Assembly: GCA_965644295.1 (NCBI GenBank)
Contig: CBFFRP010000210.1
Span: 1 to 64,000 of the forward strand
DNA from: Paraphysomonas bandaiensis
Taxonomy: Eukaryota > Protista > Chrysophyceae
Reading direction: 5' to 3'
Length of the DNA stretch: 64,000 bases
A program made the translations under genes and the position numbers. This document shows, piece by piece, positions 1 through 10,745 of this stretch; position 1 is the stretch's first letter; each line of letters opens with the position of its first letter. A model generated the notes under the pieces. The model did no database searches, was not told the origin of the DNA, and worked only from the letters and a program-made list of their open reading frames with translations.

Positions 1-2
1 GT

Positions 3-281
3 AATTTCGACTCATTTGCCCTCGCGCCACCAACAAATATCGCGGCGTATATTAAACGGGTGAATGGAAACAAAAAAATACCCTACAACAATTCCAAACT
101 ACAGGATCCTCGTGCAGAATCGTGCGGTTATTGGTGCGTGCTCCGGTTGGACTATATGAGAAAGCGATCCATTCTGACAAAATGGTCACTTACCCGAATT
201 CACAACATATTAACTTCACTATTCAATAATGTGGAACAAAACGAAATCATATTGCACAAACTATACTCCGGCGTTTTTTAG
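3..281 (+). pseudogene. C-terminal fragment of an adenain-like (clan CE) cysteine protease of Polinton/PLV/virophage type
   Basis: Frame from nt 3 reads NFDSFALAPP...IPYNNSKLQDPRAESCGYWC, matching the FDS(F/Y)...YN...Q...S.CG.(W/Y)C signature of Polinton/virophage maturation proteases. The catalytic-His region is not visible. Confidence 0.75.
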
Positions 282-302
282 TGCTCTACTAGTAAAAAGT
301 AG

Positions 303-773
303 ATGATCCGCAACGACATAAATCCACTACCCGAGCCACCACGCCCACTGCAACACTCACGCGATAAAGGCAAATCGCAGCAACCACTCGTTCCCAATAA
401 ACGCGTCTTCGGGGTTCTTTTTGAAGGAACGGAACAGGAAATAAAACGAATTCGAGACGAGAAACATGCGTGCGAATTTGTTAAAGCAGTTCGTACCCAT
501 CTAATGTTATTTGACAAATCGCAAAACAAATACAGCGACCGGATATTGCTATGTACGATGCAATGTGTTGAAAATTTCATCTTGGGGAAATCACGGGGTT
601 TATTCCGCGAACGACTTGTCATCGAATGTGTGTCTGATTTTTTCGGCGGTGACGAAGATATCATTCGCAAAATGATCCAACTCCTCATGCCAAAAATTAA
701 AAACTACAAATGGTTCCGCCGTAACATGAAGAAAGCAATCCGTTTTTTTGCAAACTTGCTTTTGACGAAGTAA
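303..773 (+). CDS. Hypothetical 156-aa protein, probably of Polinton-like virus origin
   Basis: Intact intronless ORF 21 nt after the protease stop; compact virus-like packing; no recognised domain. Confidence 0.55.
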   Translation: MIRNDINPLPEPPRPLQHSRDKGKSQQPLVPNKRVFGVLFEGTEQEIKRIRDEKHACEFVKAVRTHLMLFDKSQNKYSDRILLCTMQCVENFILGKSRGLFRERLVIECVSDFFGGDEDIIRKMIQLLMPKIKNYKWFRRNMKKAIRFFANLLLTK

Positions 774-939
774 ATCTCAGGCGGGCTGATGCCATTTCGA
801 ATACAATACTTACTACATGCACTTCTGGGATGTATGGTCTTGCGCGAGAGCCACTGATGGCAGTCGGGACACTGTTTCTTTCGCTTCTTGAATGAAACTT
901 GACTACTGAATAGTACATTATTAATGCCTAAGGAAAAAA

Positions 940-2048
940 AATATCTGACGTGGATTAGATAACAACACCTGCTAGAGCTTCCCCCTGTGCTAATCAATCG
1001 CTTCGTAATCCTGTACGAATTATTAGCAAGAGGAGATTCTAGTTGAATTCGAGTGAGTGCTACAGCTTTCTTAACCACATCAGGCGTGGCGTTAATACCA
1101 TCAATCAGCAGAAGCATCTAGTTATAAGAGCAGTAATATTATATAAATTGCGATATGTATTTGTGTAGATGCATATATTAGTGTATTCAGTGGTATGCAC
1201 AGAAACATAAATGTATACTAATAAATAGCATATTCTCTCAACCACTCACATACTATCAAGTATTGCATACAAAATGTGGTTTCTGTAATTCTACTACAAA
1301 TCTTGTAATACATATCTTGCCTTACAGCAATATTATAGTTTATATACGATGACAATGATGTGACTGTTCCTCACCTGAATGTGGGTAGTGCTAATGTTAC
1401 GGCGACCAACTCCGACTTCCTTCATGATCACTGCAAACTTTTCGTTTTACAACACATCGTTCTAAAAGTATTATATAATGGAGAGTTTATACATATCATA
1501 TATATATACCTGTGAGGCTTTACCGAACACGACACAGGGGCCTCTCACACCATCCTCATTCAACACATAGTGCTCCTTAATACTGACAGCACTATCCATA
1601 TAGTATGTTTTATCACGCTTACGCCGAGCACATAATCTTAGAGCACATGCTGGATTCATACATATCATAGTTAGTCGAGTACTTCCTTGTGTTACATGTG
1701 GATCACGTCGTAGTTGTTTTCCTGTACGTGTACCTCCACAACTAGCTATCTGTTGCATGTGATTCATAACAGATTGGTAGTCTGGAAATACTTGATCTTC
1801 CACAATGAGTTTCATCATAAGAATAAGAAATAGAATGTCTTATCATAGTCAATTCAAGAACACAATTTATTATTGAGTAAGTGGATATATTTGACTACTT
1901 GTTTAAGGGAAACACATCACTGAATTCCATGCATGATAATATCCAGTAACGGTACATACAGATATAGCTATACAGTACACCAGAAATCCCGCAAAATAGT
2001 AGAAAACCCCGAAAAGAGTAGAAACCCCCACAAAAAATGAGAAAACCC
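940..2048 (-). mobile_element. 5' part of a decayed Mutator/MULE-like transposon (terminus plus N-terminal transposase exons)
   Basis: ORF 1818-1471 has a MuDR/FAR1-like Zn-finger pattern (F...C-x4-C..L.A...H...C). Spliced continuations NDVL*NEKFAV...THIQ and MLLLIDGINATPDVVKKAV...SYRI fit the MuDR N-terminus with one in-frame stop. The minus-strand end begins GGG(G)TTTTCTC with repeated GGGTTT motifs. Confidence 0.5.
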
Positions 2049-3090
2049 GAAGAAGTATGAAAATTAAAACCTCAATTTTTTGGAGTTGTGTAAATTATTT
2101 TTCATACTTCGGATAGTTTCGATTCAGCTCCCTCGCAGGATCTCATAGCAAACGAGTGTAATTTTTCTAAACGGTCGAAACTATGTAAAATTGTGTAAAT
2201 TACGTATTATTTGTATATACGGTTGCTGGTATACTGGCGGAGTGTGTTGTATATGAGGGTCATGTGACCATATATAGACACACAGACAGTCTATTGTGGG
2301 GTGAAATTATGACCCCACCTGCAGATTAAAACGAAGGACGATTGATGGAGTCGTTAATGGACTGACATGACTTCACTGTACCGCAAGCTTCATGCTGTTC
2401 AAGACCAGTACGATGACTTTTAACCACTTGAGACAACTGCTTCATGTGTGTGGTTATTACCCTCAGAAGAGACAGTGAAGTGGAAGAGAGCCCTTACAGG
2501 TGGATGAAATACTGCTTGAGTCGTTATATTGCAGAATGTATGCTCAGTGTGCATCCTGTGAAGTTCTCCCGATAATTCAAGGATTCAAGTAATGTGACCG
2601 TTAGCATCTTCATATCCATCAATGGGGGACAGCGTTCATATTAGTATTATTAATGCATGCAATTAATAGCGAAATACCGTCTTATTTTAATTGAATACAT
2701 GCTTTGTCTTTTCATTCATGATACAGATCTGCATTATTGCTTGCTTTTATATTATTTCCTACTTTGCAATATATATTATACTGTGTTTATTATTGTTACT
2801 TATAGTACCTCTAGGTCGTATTGGTATTATATTTTAGGCAGTACCTATAGGTAGTAGGTAGTATTGATACATGTAGGCAGTGCCTATAGGTACATTTTAA
2901 TATAAATAGGGATACTTATCAGTAGGAAATGTAGAGGTTATAGATACCACCTATAGGGAGACGATTAGGTATGTGTATTAGTGCAATATCAGTATGTCGA
3001 TATCGAGCACGAGGAAATAAGGTCTATGTGGAACAGTTACTGTTAGATCTCGAAAAACATGGATTCATACTCTCACTACAAATAGCAGAC

Positions 3091-3377
3091 CTGCCCCATT
3101 CTGAGCGCGTACTTAGGTAGATCCAGGTGGGGTCCGGGTGGGTACCTAACTAATACTTGATTTAAGTTCCATACGTTATTTGCTAGCTACCTACTGAACC
3201 CAACTAGCTACATCATTATCACACGGTATTCAGCGCTGAATATGCAGTGAGAACCCATAGTGGGGAACTGCTGAACTAAGCAATGTGTACATAGGTAGAG
3301 GTGGGCGGTCGCAGCACTCGGCAGCACCCACTGGGGAGCCGCACGCAGTAATTAGTTACGCTGTCAATATGGGGCAG
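3091..3377. mobile_element. MITE-like unit with CTGCCCCAT...ATGGGGCAG ends (mirrored at 5470-5753)
   Basis: Imperfect terminal inverted repeats. The first ~165 nt are nearly identical to 63284-63648 once the nested insertion there is removed. Related termini at 47761 and 48283. Confidence 0.65.
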
Positions 3378-3378
3378 T

Positions 3379-3474
3379 GTCATTTATTGCTTTGACTAGG
3401 CTTTTATATATATACACCGAAAATGGAATGACTAGGAAATTCCACCAAATTGACTAGGTTGAATAATATATCCC
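3379..3474 (+). mobile_element. Outer part of a Mutator-MITE TIR (mirrored at 5373-5468)
   Basis: Homologous to the right TIR of 60824-61372 (GTCATTTATTGCTTTGACTAGG...TTGAATAATATATCCC). Confidence 0.8.
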
Positions 3475-3566
3475 GTTAGAAATGGATATATTTCAAGATG
3501 GAAATATTCGATTAGGGTAATTTAGTGTATTAATTTACATTATACTGTGACGATTCCACACACTAA

Positions 3567-4235
3567 TTAGCGTTTCTGATTTACTATACATTTCCTTAAA
3601 GGATAATCTAGGGTTACTACTCCTCGTATAGCCACCATGTAGTCCTGGCCAAGTAAATCCACATTCTCAAACTGTCCATGTGCAAGGTATGCTGTAACGG
3701 CAGTACCATGGATAATAACATTGGTATCCGATGGTATGTTTTCACCATATCCTAATGCCGCGAATGTTTCAGACCGAAGGTAAGTGCAAGGAGAGCCAGT
3801 GTCGAAAAGGAAATGAACGTTGATGCTTACACCACGCTTGGAAACAATCAAAGGTATAAATATACGGGACCCTGCGCCATATAGTATTCCTTCAATCGGA
3901 AATGCAACATCAGCTTCAGTTGCTTCCAATGCAACAGTCCCTAATTCGTCTCCAATTATACACTTATCCTGTGGTGTTATATCACCGATTAGTACATCGT
4001 AGGCTGCAGGATGGACGGTAACGGTATCACTCGGAAACTCTAAGCTGTCACGTCGTTGTTCCATCAAATTAACGATATATCTCTGTAGAATTGCTAACTC
4101 TTTTCCATTTTCCATTTCTGATGCTATTGAACGAAGAGAACTTAGTTTACTGTTTGGTGACATTTTATTTATTCTATCAGTATCAGACTTTCCAACAATT
4201 TGTTCCAAAACTCCATTGACATCAGTGATATCCAT
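3567..4235 (-). CDS. Clan AA (retropepsin-like) single-domain aspartic protease with ~70-aa N-terminal extension, copy 1 (Asn139)
   Basis: Intronless 222-aa ORF with catalytic FLFDTGSP motif and C-terminal LLGQDY (psi-psi-G-x-D) motif. Confidence 0.88.
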   Translation of the reverse strand: MDITDVNGVLEQIVGKSDTDRINKMSPNSKLSSLRSIASEMENGKELAILQRYIVNLMEQRRDSLEFPSDTVTVHPAAYDVLIGDITPQDKCIIGDELGTVALEATEADVAFPIEGILYGAGSRIFIPLIVSKRGVSINVHFLFDTGSPCTYLRSETFAALGYGENIPSDTNVIIHGTAVTAYLAHGQFENVDLLGQDYMVAIRGVVTLDYPLRKCIVNQKR

Positions 4236-4611
4236 ATTTATCTGTTATTAATGTTTACACTTGATTGAATTAGGATATAAACTATGAATTGACAAGTTAA
4301 TTAGGAAAGAAGAACATAATAACAATCAGAGGAGGAACGTCCGGCCCAAAGTTCATATTCTGAAGTGATATAGGAACCGCGTTATATCGCGAGTCACTTC
4401 AAGTACTAAACTGAAAAGAACATCCTGGCGACACTAATGTATAGTTCAGCACACTCGCGATATAACGCGGTTCCTATATCACTTCAGAATATGAACTTTG
4501 GGCCGGACGTTCCTCCTCTGATTGTTATTATGTTCTTCTTTCCTAATTAACTTGTCAATTCATAGTTTATATCCTAATTCAATCAAGTGTAAACATTAAT
4601 AACAGATAAAT

Positions 4612-5280
4612 ATGGATATCACTGATGTCAATGGAGTTTTGGAACAAATTGTTGGAAAGTCTGATACTGATAGAATAAATAAAATGTCACCAAACAGTAA
4701 ACTAAGTTCTCTTCGTTCAATAGCATCAGAAATGGAAAATGGAAAAGAGTTAGCAATTCTACAGAGATATATCGTTAATTTGATGGAACAACGACGTGAC
4801 AGCTTAGAGTTTCCGAGTGATACCGTTACCGTCCATCCTGCAGCCTACGATGTACTAATCGGTGATATAACACCACAGGATAAGTGTATAATTGGAGACG
4901 AATTAGGGACTGTTGCATTGGAAGCAACTGAAGCTGATGTTGCATTTCCGATTGAAGGAATACTATATGGCGCAGGGTCCCGTATATTTATACCTTTGAT
5001 TGTTTCCAAGCGTGGTGTAAGCATCAGCGTTCATTTCCTTTTCGACACTGGCTCTCCTTGCACTTACCTTCGGTCTGAAACATTCGCGGCATTAGGATAT
5101 GGTGAAAACATACCATCGGATACCAATGTTATTATCCATGGTACTGCCGTTACAGCATACCTTGCACATGGACAGTTTGAGAATGTGGATTTACTTGGCC
5201 AGGACTACATGGTGGCTATACGAGGAGTAGTAACCCTAGATTATCCTTTAAGGAAATGTATAGTAAATCAGAAACGCTAA
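4612..5280 (+). CDS. Clan AA aspartic protease, copy 2 (Ser139)
   Basis: Inverted copy of 3567-4235 differing by one residue. Confidence 0.88.
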   Translation: MDITDVNGVLEQIVGKSDTDRINKMSPNSKLSSLRSIASEMENGKELAILQRYIVNLMEQRRDSLEFPSDTVTVHPAAYDVLIGDITPQDKCIIGDELGTVALEATEADVAFPIEGILYGAGSRIFIPLIVSKRGVSISVHFLFDTGSPCTYLRSETFAALGYGENIPSDTNVIIHGTAVTAYLAHGQFENVDLLGQDYMVAIRGVVTLDYPLRKCIVNQKR

Positions 5281-5754
5281 TTAGTGTGTGGAATCGTCAC
5301 AGTATAATGTAAATTAATACACTAAATTACCCTAATCGAATATTTCCATCTTGAAATATATCCATTTCTAACGGGATATATTATTCAACCTAGTCAATTT
5401 GGTGGAATTTCCTAGTCATTCCATTTTCGGTGTATATATATAAAAGCCTAGTCAAAGCAATAAATGACACTGCCCCATATTGACAGCGTAACTAATTACT
5501 GCGTGCGGCTCCCCAGTGGGTGCTGCCGAGTGCTGCGACCGCCCACCTCTACCTATGTACACATTGCTTAGTTCAGCAGTTCCCCACTATGGGTTCTCAC
5601 TGCATATTCAGCGCTGAATACCGTGTGATAATGATGTAGCTAGTTGGGTTCAGTAGGTAGCTAGCAAATAACGTATGGAACTTAAATCAAGTATTAGTTA
5701 GGTACCCACCCGGACCCCACCTGGATCTACCTAAGTACGCGCTCAGAATGGGGT

Positions 5755-6033
5755 AATTTCGACTCATTTGCCCTCGCGCCACCAACAAATATCGCGGCGT
5801 ATATTAAACGGGTGAATGGAAACAAAAAAATACCCTACAACAATTCCAAACTACAGGATCCTCGTGCAGAATCGTGCGGTTATTGGTGCGTGCTCCGGTT
5901 GGACTATATGAGAAAGCGATCCATTCTGACAAAATGGTCACTTACCCGAATTCACAACATATTAACTTCACTATTCAATAATGTGGAACAAAACGAAATC
6001 ATATTGCACAAACTATACTCCGGCGTTTTTTAG
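5755..6033 (+). pseudogene. 5'-truncated Polinton/virophage-type cysteine protease fragment, copy 2
   Basis: Same sequence as 3-281. Here it is joined directly to the palindrome end, so the N-terminal half is demonstrably absent. Confidence 0.75.
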
Positions 6034-6054
6034 TGCTCTACTAGTAAAAAGTAG

Positions 6055-6525
6055 ATGATCCGCAACGACATAAATCCACTACCCGAGCCACCACGCCCAC
6101 TGCAACACTCACGCGATAAAGGCAAATCGCAGCAACCACTCGTTCCCAATAAACGCGTCTTCGGGGTTCTTTTTGAAGGAACGGAACAGGAAATAAAACG
6201 AATTCGAGACGAGAAACATGCGTGCGAATTTGTTAAAGCAGTTCGTACCCATCTAATGTTATTTGACAAATCGCAAAACAAATACAGCGACCGGATATTG
6301 CTATGTACGATGCAATGTGTTGAAAATTTCATCTTGGGGAAATCACGGGGTTTATTCCGCGAACGACTTGTCATCGAATGTGTGTCTGATTTTTTCGGCG
6401 GTGACGAAGATATCATTCGCAAAATGATCCAACTCCTCATGCCAAAAATTAAAAACTACAAATGGTTCCGCCGTAACATGAAGAAAGCAATCCGTTTTTT
6501 TGCAAACTTGCTTTTGACGAAGTAA
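6055..6525 (+). CDS. Hypothetical 156-aa virus-like protein, copy 2
   Basis: Identical translation to 303-773. Confidence 0.55.
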   Translation: MIRNDINPLPEPPRPLQHSRDKGKSQQPLVPNKRVFGVLFEGTEQEIKRIRDEKHACEFVKAVRTHLMLFDKSQNKYSDRILLCTMQCVENFILGKSRGLFRERLVIECVSDFFGGDEDIIRKMIQLLMPKIKNYKWFRRNMKKAIRFFANLLLTK

Positions 6526-6691
6526 ATCTCAGGCGGGCTGATGCCATTTCGAATACAATACTTACTACATGCACTTCTGGGATGTATGGTCTTGCGCGAG
6601 AGCCACTGATGGCAGTCGGGACACTGTTTCTTTCGCTTCTTGAATGAAACTTGACTACTGAATAGTACATTATTAATGCCTAAGGAAAAAA

Positions 6692-7801
6692 AATATCTGA
6701 CGTGGATTAGATAACAACACCTGCTAGAGCTTCCCCCTGTGCTAATCAATCGCTTCGTAATCCTGTACGAATTATTAGCAAGAGGAGATTCTAGTTGAAT
6801 TCGAGTGAGTGCTACAGCTTTCTTAACCACATCAGGCGTGGCGTTAATACCATCAATCAGCAGAAGCATCTAGTTATAAGAGCAGTAATATTATATAAAT
6901 TGCGATATGTATTTGTGTAGATGCATATATTAGTGTATTCAGTGGTATGCACAGAAACATAAATGTATACTAATAAATAGCATATTCTCTCAACCACTCA
7001 CATACTATCAAGTATTGCATACAAAATGTGGTTTCTGTAATTCTACTACAAATCTTGTAATACATATCTTGCCTTACAGCAATATTATAGTTTATATACG
7101 ATGACAATGATGTGACTGTTCCTCACCTGAATGTGGGTAGTGCTAATGTTACGGCGACCAACTCCGACTTCCTTCATGATCACTGCAAACTTTTCGTTTT
7201 ACAACACATCGTTCTAAAAGTATTATATAATGGAGAGTTTATACATATCATATATATATACCTGTGAGGCTTTACCGAACACGACACAGGGGCCTCTCAC
7301 ACCATCCTCATTCAACACATAGTGCTCCTTAATACTGACAGCACTATCCATATAGTATGTTTTATCACGCTTACGCCGAGCACATAATCTTAGAGCACAT
7401 GCTGGATTCATACATATCATAGTTAGTCGAGTACTTCCTTGTGTTACATGTGGATCACGTCGTAGTTGTTTTCCTGTACGTGTACCTCCACAACTAGCTA
7501 TCTGTTGCATGTGATTCATAACAGATTGGTAGTCTGGAAATACTTGATCTTCCACAATGAGTTTCATCATAAGAATAAGAAATAGAATGTCTTATCATAG
7601 TCAATTCAAGAACACAATTTATTATTGAGTAAGTGGATATATTTGACTACTTGTTTAAGGGAAACACATCACTGAATTCCATGCATGATAATATCCAGTA
7701 ACGGTACATACAGATATAGCTATACAGTACACCAGAAATCCCGCAAAATAGCAGAAAACCCCGAAAAGAGTAGAAACCCCCACAAAAAATGAGAAAACCC
7801 C
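6692..7801 (-). mobile_element. Decayed MULE-like 5' fragment, copy 2
   Basis: Copy of 940-2048; terminus GGGGTTTTCTC at 7801. Confidence 0.5.
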
Positions 7802-8117
7802 ATATATATTTCTATTGAAGCAATACTGTGTATATTTTGCATACTGTAGGTGTACATACATATACACAACATAGAGTGTACGATTGCTGTATATATACTT
7901 CGTATATACACTCTGTATGTACATATACCATATACGTTAATACGCATATACATATATACTGTACATAGACAACAGCTGTGCGTATATCGTATATATATAT
8001 ACATATACGTAGCAGTATACCATATCGCTATATATAATGCATGCACTATACATTGTAATCAATATAATCCCCTCAACTAACCATCCAATACACCTTCCAT
8101 CCTTCCATACCATCAAA

Positions 8118-9602
8118 ATGAAGGTGGGATTTCATCTAAACACTTCATCTAAACGCAAGAAGATCTTAAATAATGAATATACGGATAATCACGATAGAGA
8201 GGGTCCTATACGACAAACACTTACAGGGATAGAGAAAGGAGAGCATATTATAGATAAAACTAATAAAGAGGAGAAGGAATTAGTCATTCCTTTACCACCT
8301 GGCCCTCGAGGATGTATAGATAAGTCAAGTAATAAGGGAGAAGGCCCCTCTATAGATGATATAGCAGCACAGGAGCTGTTAGATGATATGTATAATACAT
8401 CTAAAGGGAATACTGGACCACAACTAGTAATAGGGGGAGACACAGAAAAAAAGAATGTGAAGGCCCCTCTCTTAATGGCTAATCTTGCACCGGAGTTGAT
8501 TGGTATCGGAGATGATGATGAGCGGTTTAAAGTAGATATATCTCTCCGTGCTGAGAACATGGATGTGACTTCAGATGCCTATCAAGCAGTTCCTATTGAG
8601 CAATTTGGTGCTGCTATGCTACGTGGAATGGGTTGGAGCGGACCGGCTCCTGAGGACGAAGAAAACAAGCGATCCTATGATGTTGTTCCTCGGGAGCACC
8701 GCCTTGGTCTGGGTGCCACTCCCAAGCCTCCCGACGAAAAGGACAAACGTGGAGGACGGGATAAGAAAAAGGAGCGAGAGAAAGAAAAACAGGAGTGGCG
8801 GCGAAAAGCAGAAGAGCGACTTGGGAAACAAAAGTTATATGAGGGTGACCTCGTATGGCTGCGTGCACCGGCTGCATTGGCGGGGTGCAGGGGGGAGGTT
8901 ACGGCGACTGCTGGGGTTCCAGGACTCAATCGCATACGCATAACTCTTGAGAAGGACGGTACGAGTGTTGATGTGGATAGAAAGGATGCGGTGCTGCTGA
9001 CCGGGGAAGATCTTGAAGAGAAACCCTATCGGCGCGCAGTTGTTGCATCTGCGCCTGCTATTCCTAAGCAAGCAGAAGAGCAGACCAAGTCCCGCAAAAG
9101 GAGCCGAGAGCCTGCAGACAAGGACAACAGAAGTAGTCATAAGAGAGATAAACGAGATAGAAGTCACGAAAGGAGTAAAGAAGTAGTAAGTCATAGGGTG
9201 GATGGTAGAAGCAGTAGAGATGAAGGAAGTAGTAGTAAACCGTGGGTGCGGGCTGGTATTAGGGTGCGTGTTGTGTCTAAACGAGCATCGACAGACCCTT
9301 CACACTACTTGAAAAAAGGAGCGGTGTTAGACGTGTATCGTTCTTCTTCTGGATCGGTCCTTGCTTCCCTACAGCTGGACAACGGGGACTATCTCCAGAA
9401 TATCAAAGAGAAACACCTCGAGACGGTTCTGCCTTCGGTCGGAGAGACTTGTGTTGTGCTCTCTGGGATGCATGTGGGCGAAACGGCAGTGCTGCTGGAG
9501 AAGAAGCACAAGGTAGACTCCGTTGTTCTGCAGCTAACTGAAGACATGTCTGAAATAGTAACCGTGCCCATGGACGATATAGCCGCTCCGGCCTCCTTGT
9601 AA
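8118..9602 (+). CDS. G-patch and KOW domain spliceosomal protein (GPKOW/MOS2/Spp2-like)
   Basis: Spp2/MOS2 G-patch (YQAVPIEQFGAAMLRGMGW...RLGLGA) plus Kin17-like KOW C-terminus (PWVRAGIRVRVV...LETVLP). Probable start ATG 8118; intronless. Confidence 0.9.
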   Translation: MKVGFHLNTSSKRKKILNNEYTDNHDREGPIRQTLTGIEKGEHIIDKTNKEEKELVIPLPPGPRGCIDKSSNKGEGPSIDDIAAQELLDDMYNTSKGNTGPQLVIGGDTEKKNVKAPLLMANLAPELIGIGDDDERFKVDISLRAENMDVTSDAYQAVPIEQFGAAMLRGMGWSGPAPEDEENKRSYDVVPREHRLGLGATPKPPDEKDKRGGRDKKKEREKEKQEWRRKAEERLGKQKLYEGDLVWLRAPAALAGCRGEVTATAGVPGLNRIRITLEKDGTSVDVDRKDAVLLTGEDLEEKPYRRAVVASAPAIPKQAEEQTKSRKRSREPADKDNRSSHKRDKRDRSHERSKEVVSHRVDGRSSRDEGSSSKPWVRAGIRVRVVSKRASTDPSHYLKKGAVLDVYRSSSGSVLASLQLDNGDYLQNIKEKHLETVLPSVGETCVVLSGMHVGETAVLLEKKHKVDSVVLQLTEDMSEIVTVPMDDIAAPASL

Positions 9603-10247
9603 ATTGCGTTTAATAATGAATCGTCTTGTTTTTCCATTCTACTTAAATGTTCATAGTAAGATTATTAATATATAGGTACCGTAGTTTCACTCTTCACGTA
9701 GTTGGTTTGATAGCAGCAACTAGTAATGCACAGGGCTGCGTAACAAATAATTGACGCAAGTTGTAGTCAATTATAAAATTGCAATTCTTATTTGCTGTCT
9801 CAATTAAGGGCTGTATTCTGTAGTAACTGTTTAAATAGGTAGTGTAAACCATTGCAGGTAGGTCTCTCTAATAGCTTAGTTAACCATAACTTTCACTATA
9901 ATAGTACAGCTTCGACGTGTAAGTATGATACTCTGCATTTCATAGGTGCGTAGTAGTAGTATACTAGTAGCTAGAATAACATTATGTAGTAGTACAATAC
10001 GGGTACGCTAATCGAAAGATGCGCCGACAAAGAATACATTATGCGGAAACAGCGATTGGCTGCTATAATCACATCGCAGACTAGGAACAGTACGGGCAGT
10101 AAATAGGCCCAGATCAAAACAAAGTAATACAAAATACGCTGTACGATACGCGTTATGAAAGAAGAAGATTTACGTTAAGCCTATCCTCAACTGAAAAGCA
10201 TGGAATTCATCTGGAATGATGACAGCCAATGTACATTAAACAGGTGT

Positions 10248-10745
10248 TCAGCTATGCATAGCTGCCTTAGCTCTCATCTTAGAGTACATCTCCTTCACCT
10301 TCTCACGCTTCTTCAGAGCTCTCTTGTGGGATCCAAGCTGCCAAAAACACATCATACATGCTATAATATCGATCATACATGATATACATGCAATCTATAT
10401 GCAACATGCATGCAATACATGGAGTATACATATAATACTGTATATCACATGGACTTACTCGGCGCTTAGCAAATTTGTACATACGCTTATCGGCACTGGC
10501 ACCGCTAACTTTAAGCATATCCAAGAGTCTCTTCTCATAAGGAGCCATACCCATGACCTCTCCGACAAGATCTCTTACCATAGCGTTACGTTTGGAGAGT
10601 TTCTGTATTATATATAATTATATATATATATATAGTTAGATATGAGCTATCTTACAGTCTTGTTCTGACTAGGGCGCTTAGGGACATTCCTCTTCTCAAC
10701 AGGAAAGCCCTTGTTCAATCCAACACAAGTTCCAGATGATGACAT
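10248..10745 (-). CDS. RPL36: 60S ribosomal protein L36 (eL36), 3 exons
   Basis: Exons 10745-10656, 10602-10459 and 10337-10248 splice via GT-AG to MSSSGTCVGLNKGF...EVMGMAPYEKR...KFAKRRLGSHKRALKKRE. Confidence 0.95.

Larger units (their letters stand above)
1..2048 (+). repeat. Direct repeat copy 1 (virus-like fragment plus Mutator 5' end)
   Basis: Matches 5753-7800 at offset 5752; all ORFs recur at +5752. Only one mismatch noticed (T2000 vs C7752). The copies diverge after GAGAAAACCC. Confidence 0.97.
3094..5753. repeat. Giant palindrome: arms 3094-4394 and 4453-5753, 58-nt spacer 4395-4452
   Basis: Paired positions all sum to 8847 (ends, ORF starts, ORF stops). One mismatch noticed (codon 139, AAC vs AGC). 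Confidence 0.97.
5753..7800 (+). repeat. Direct repeat copy 2
   Basis: Copy of 1-2048; begins on the last base of the palindrome right arm. Confidence 0.97.

Noticed and set aside
2300-3000. Coding-like stretch and GGCAGT(A/G)CCTATAGGTA repeats between the direct repeat and the palindrome
   Set aside because: No sustained frame and only two short copies; cannot support a call.
1-7800. Reading the 2048-bp direct repeats as LTRs of a retroelement with an internal protease
   Set aside because: No gag, RT or integrase, no PBS or PPT seen, and the repeats consist of viral and MULE-like coding fragments.
7655-8080. Several Tyr/Ile/Cys-rich ORFs and the 27-aa extension of GPKOW from 8037
   Set aside because: Low-complexity TA/CA-rich promoter DNA; ATG 8118 is the more plausible start.
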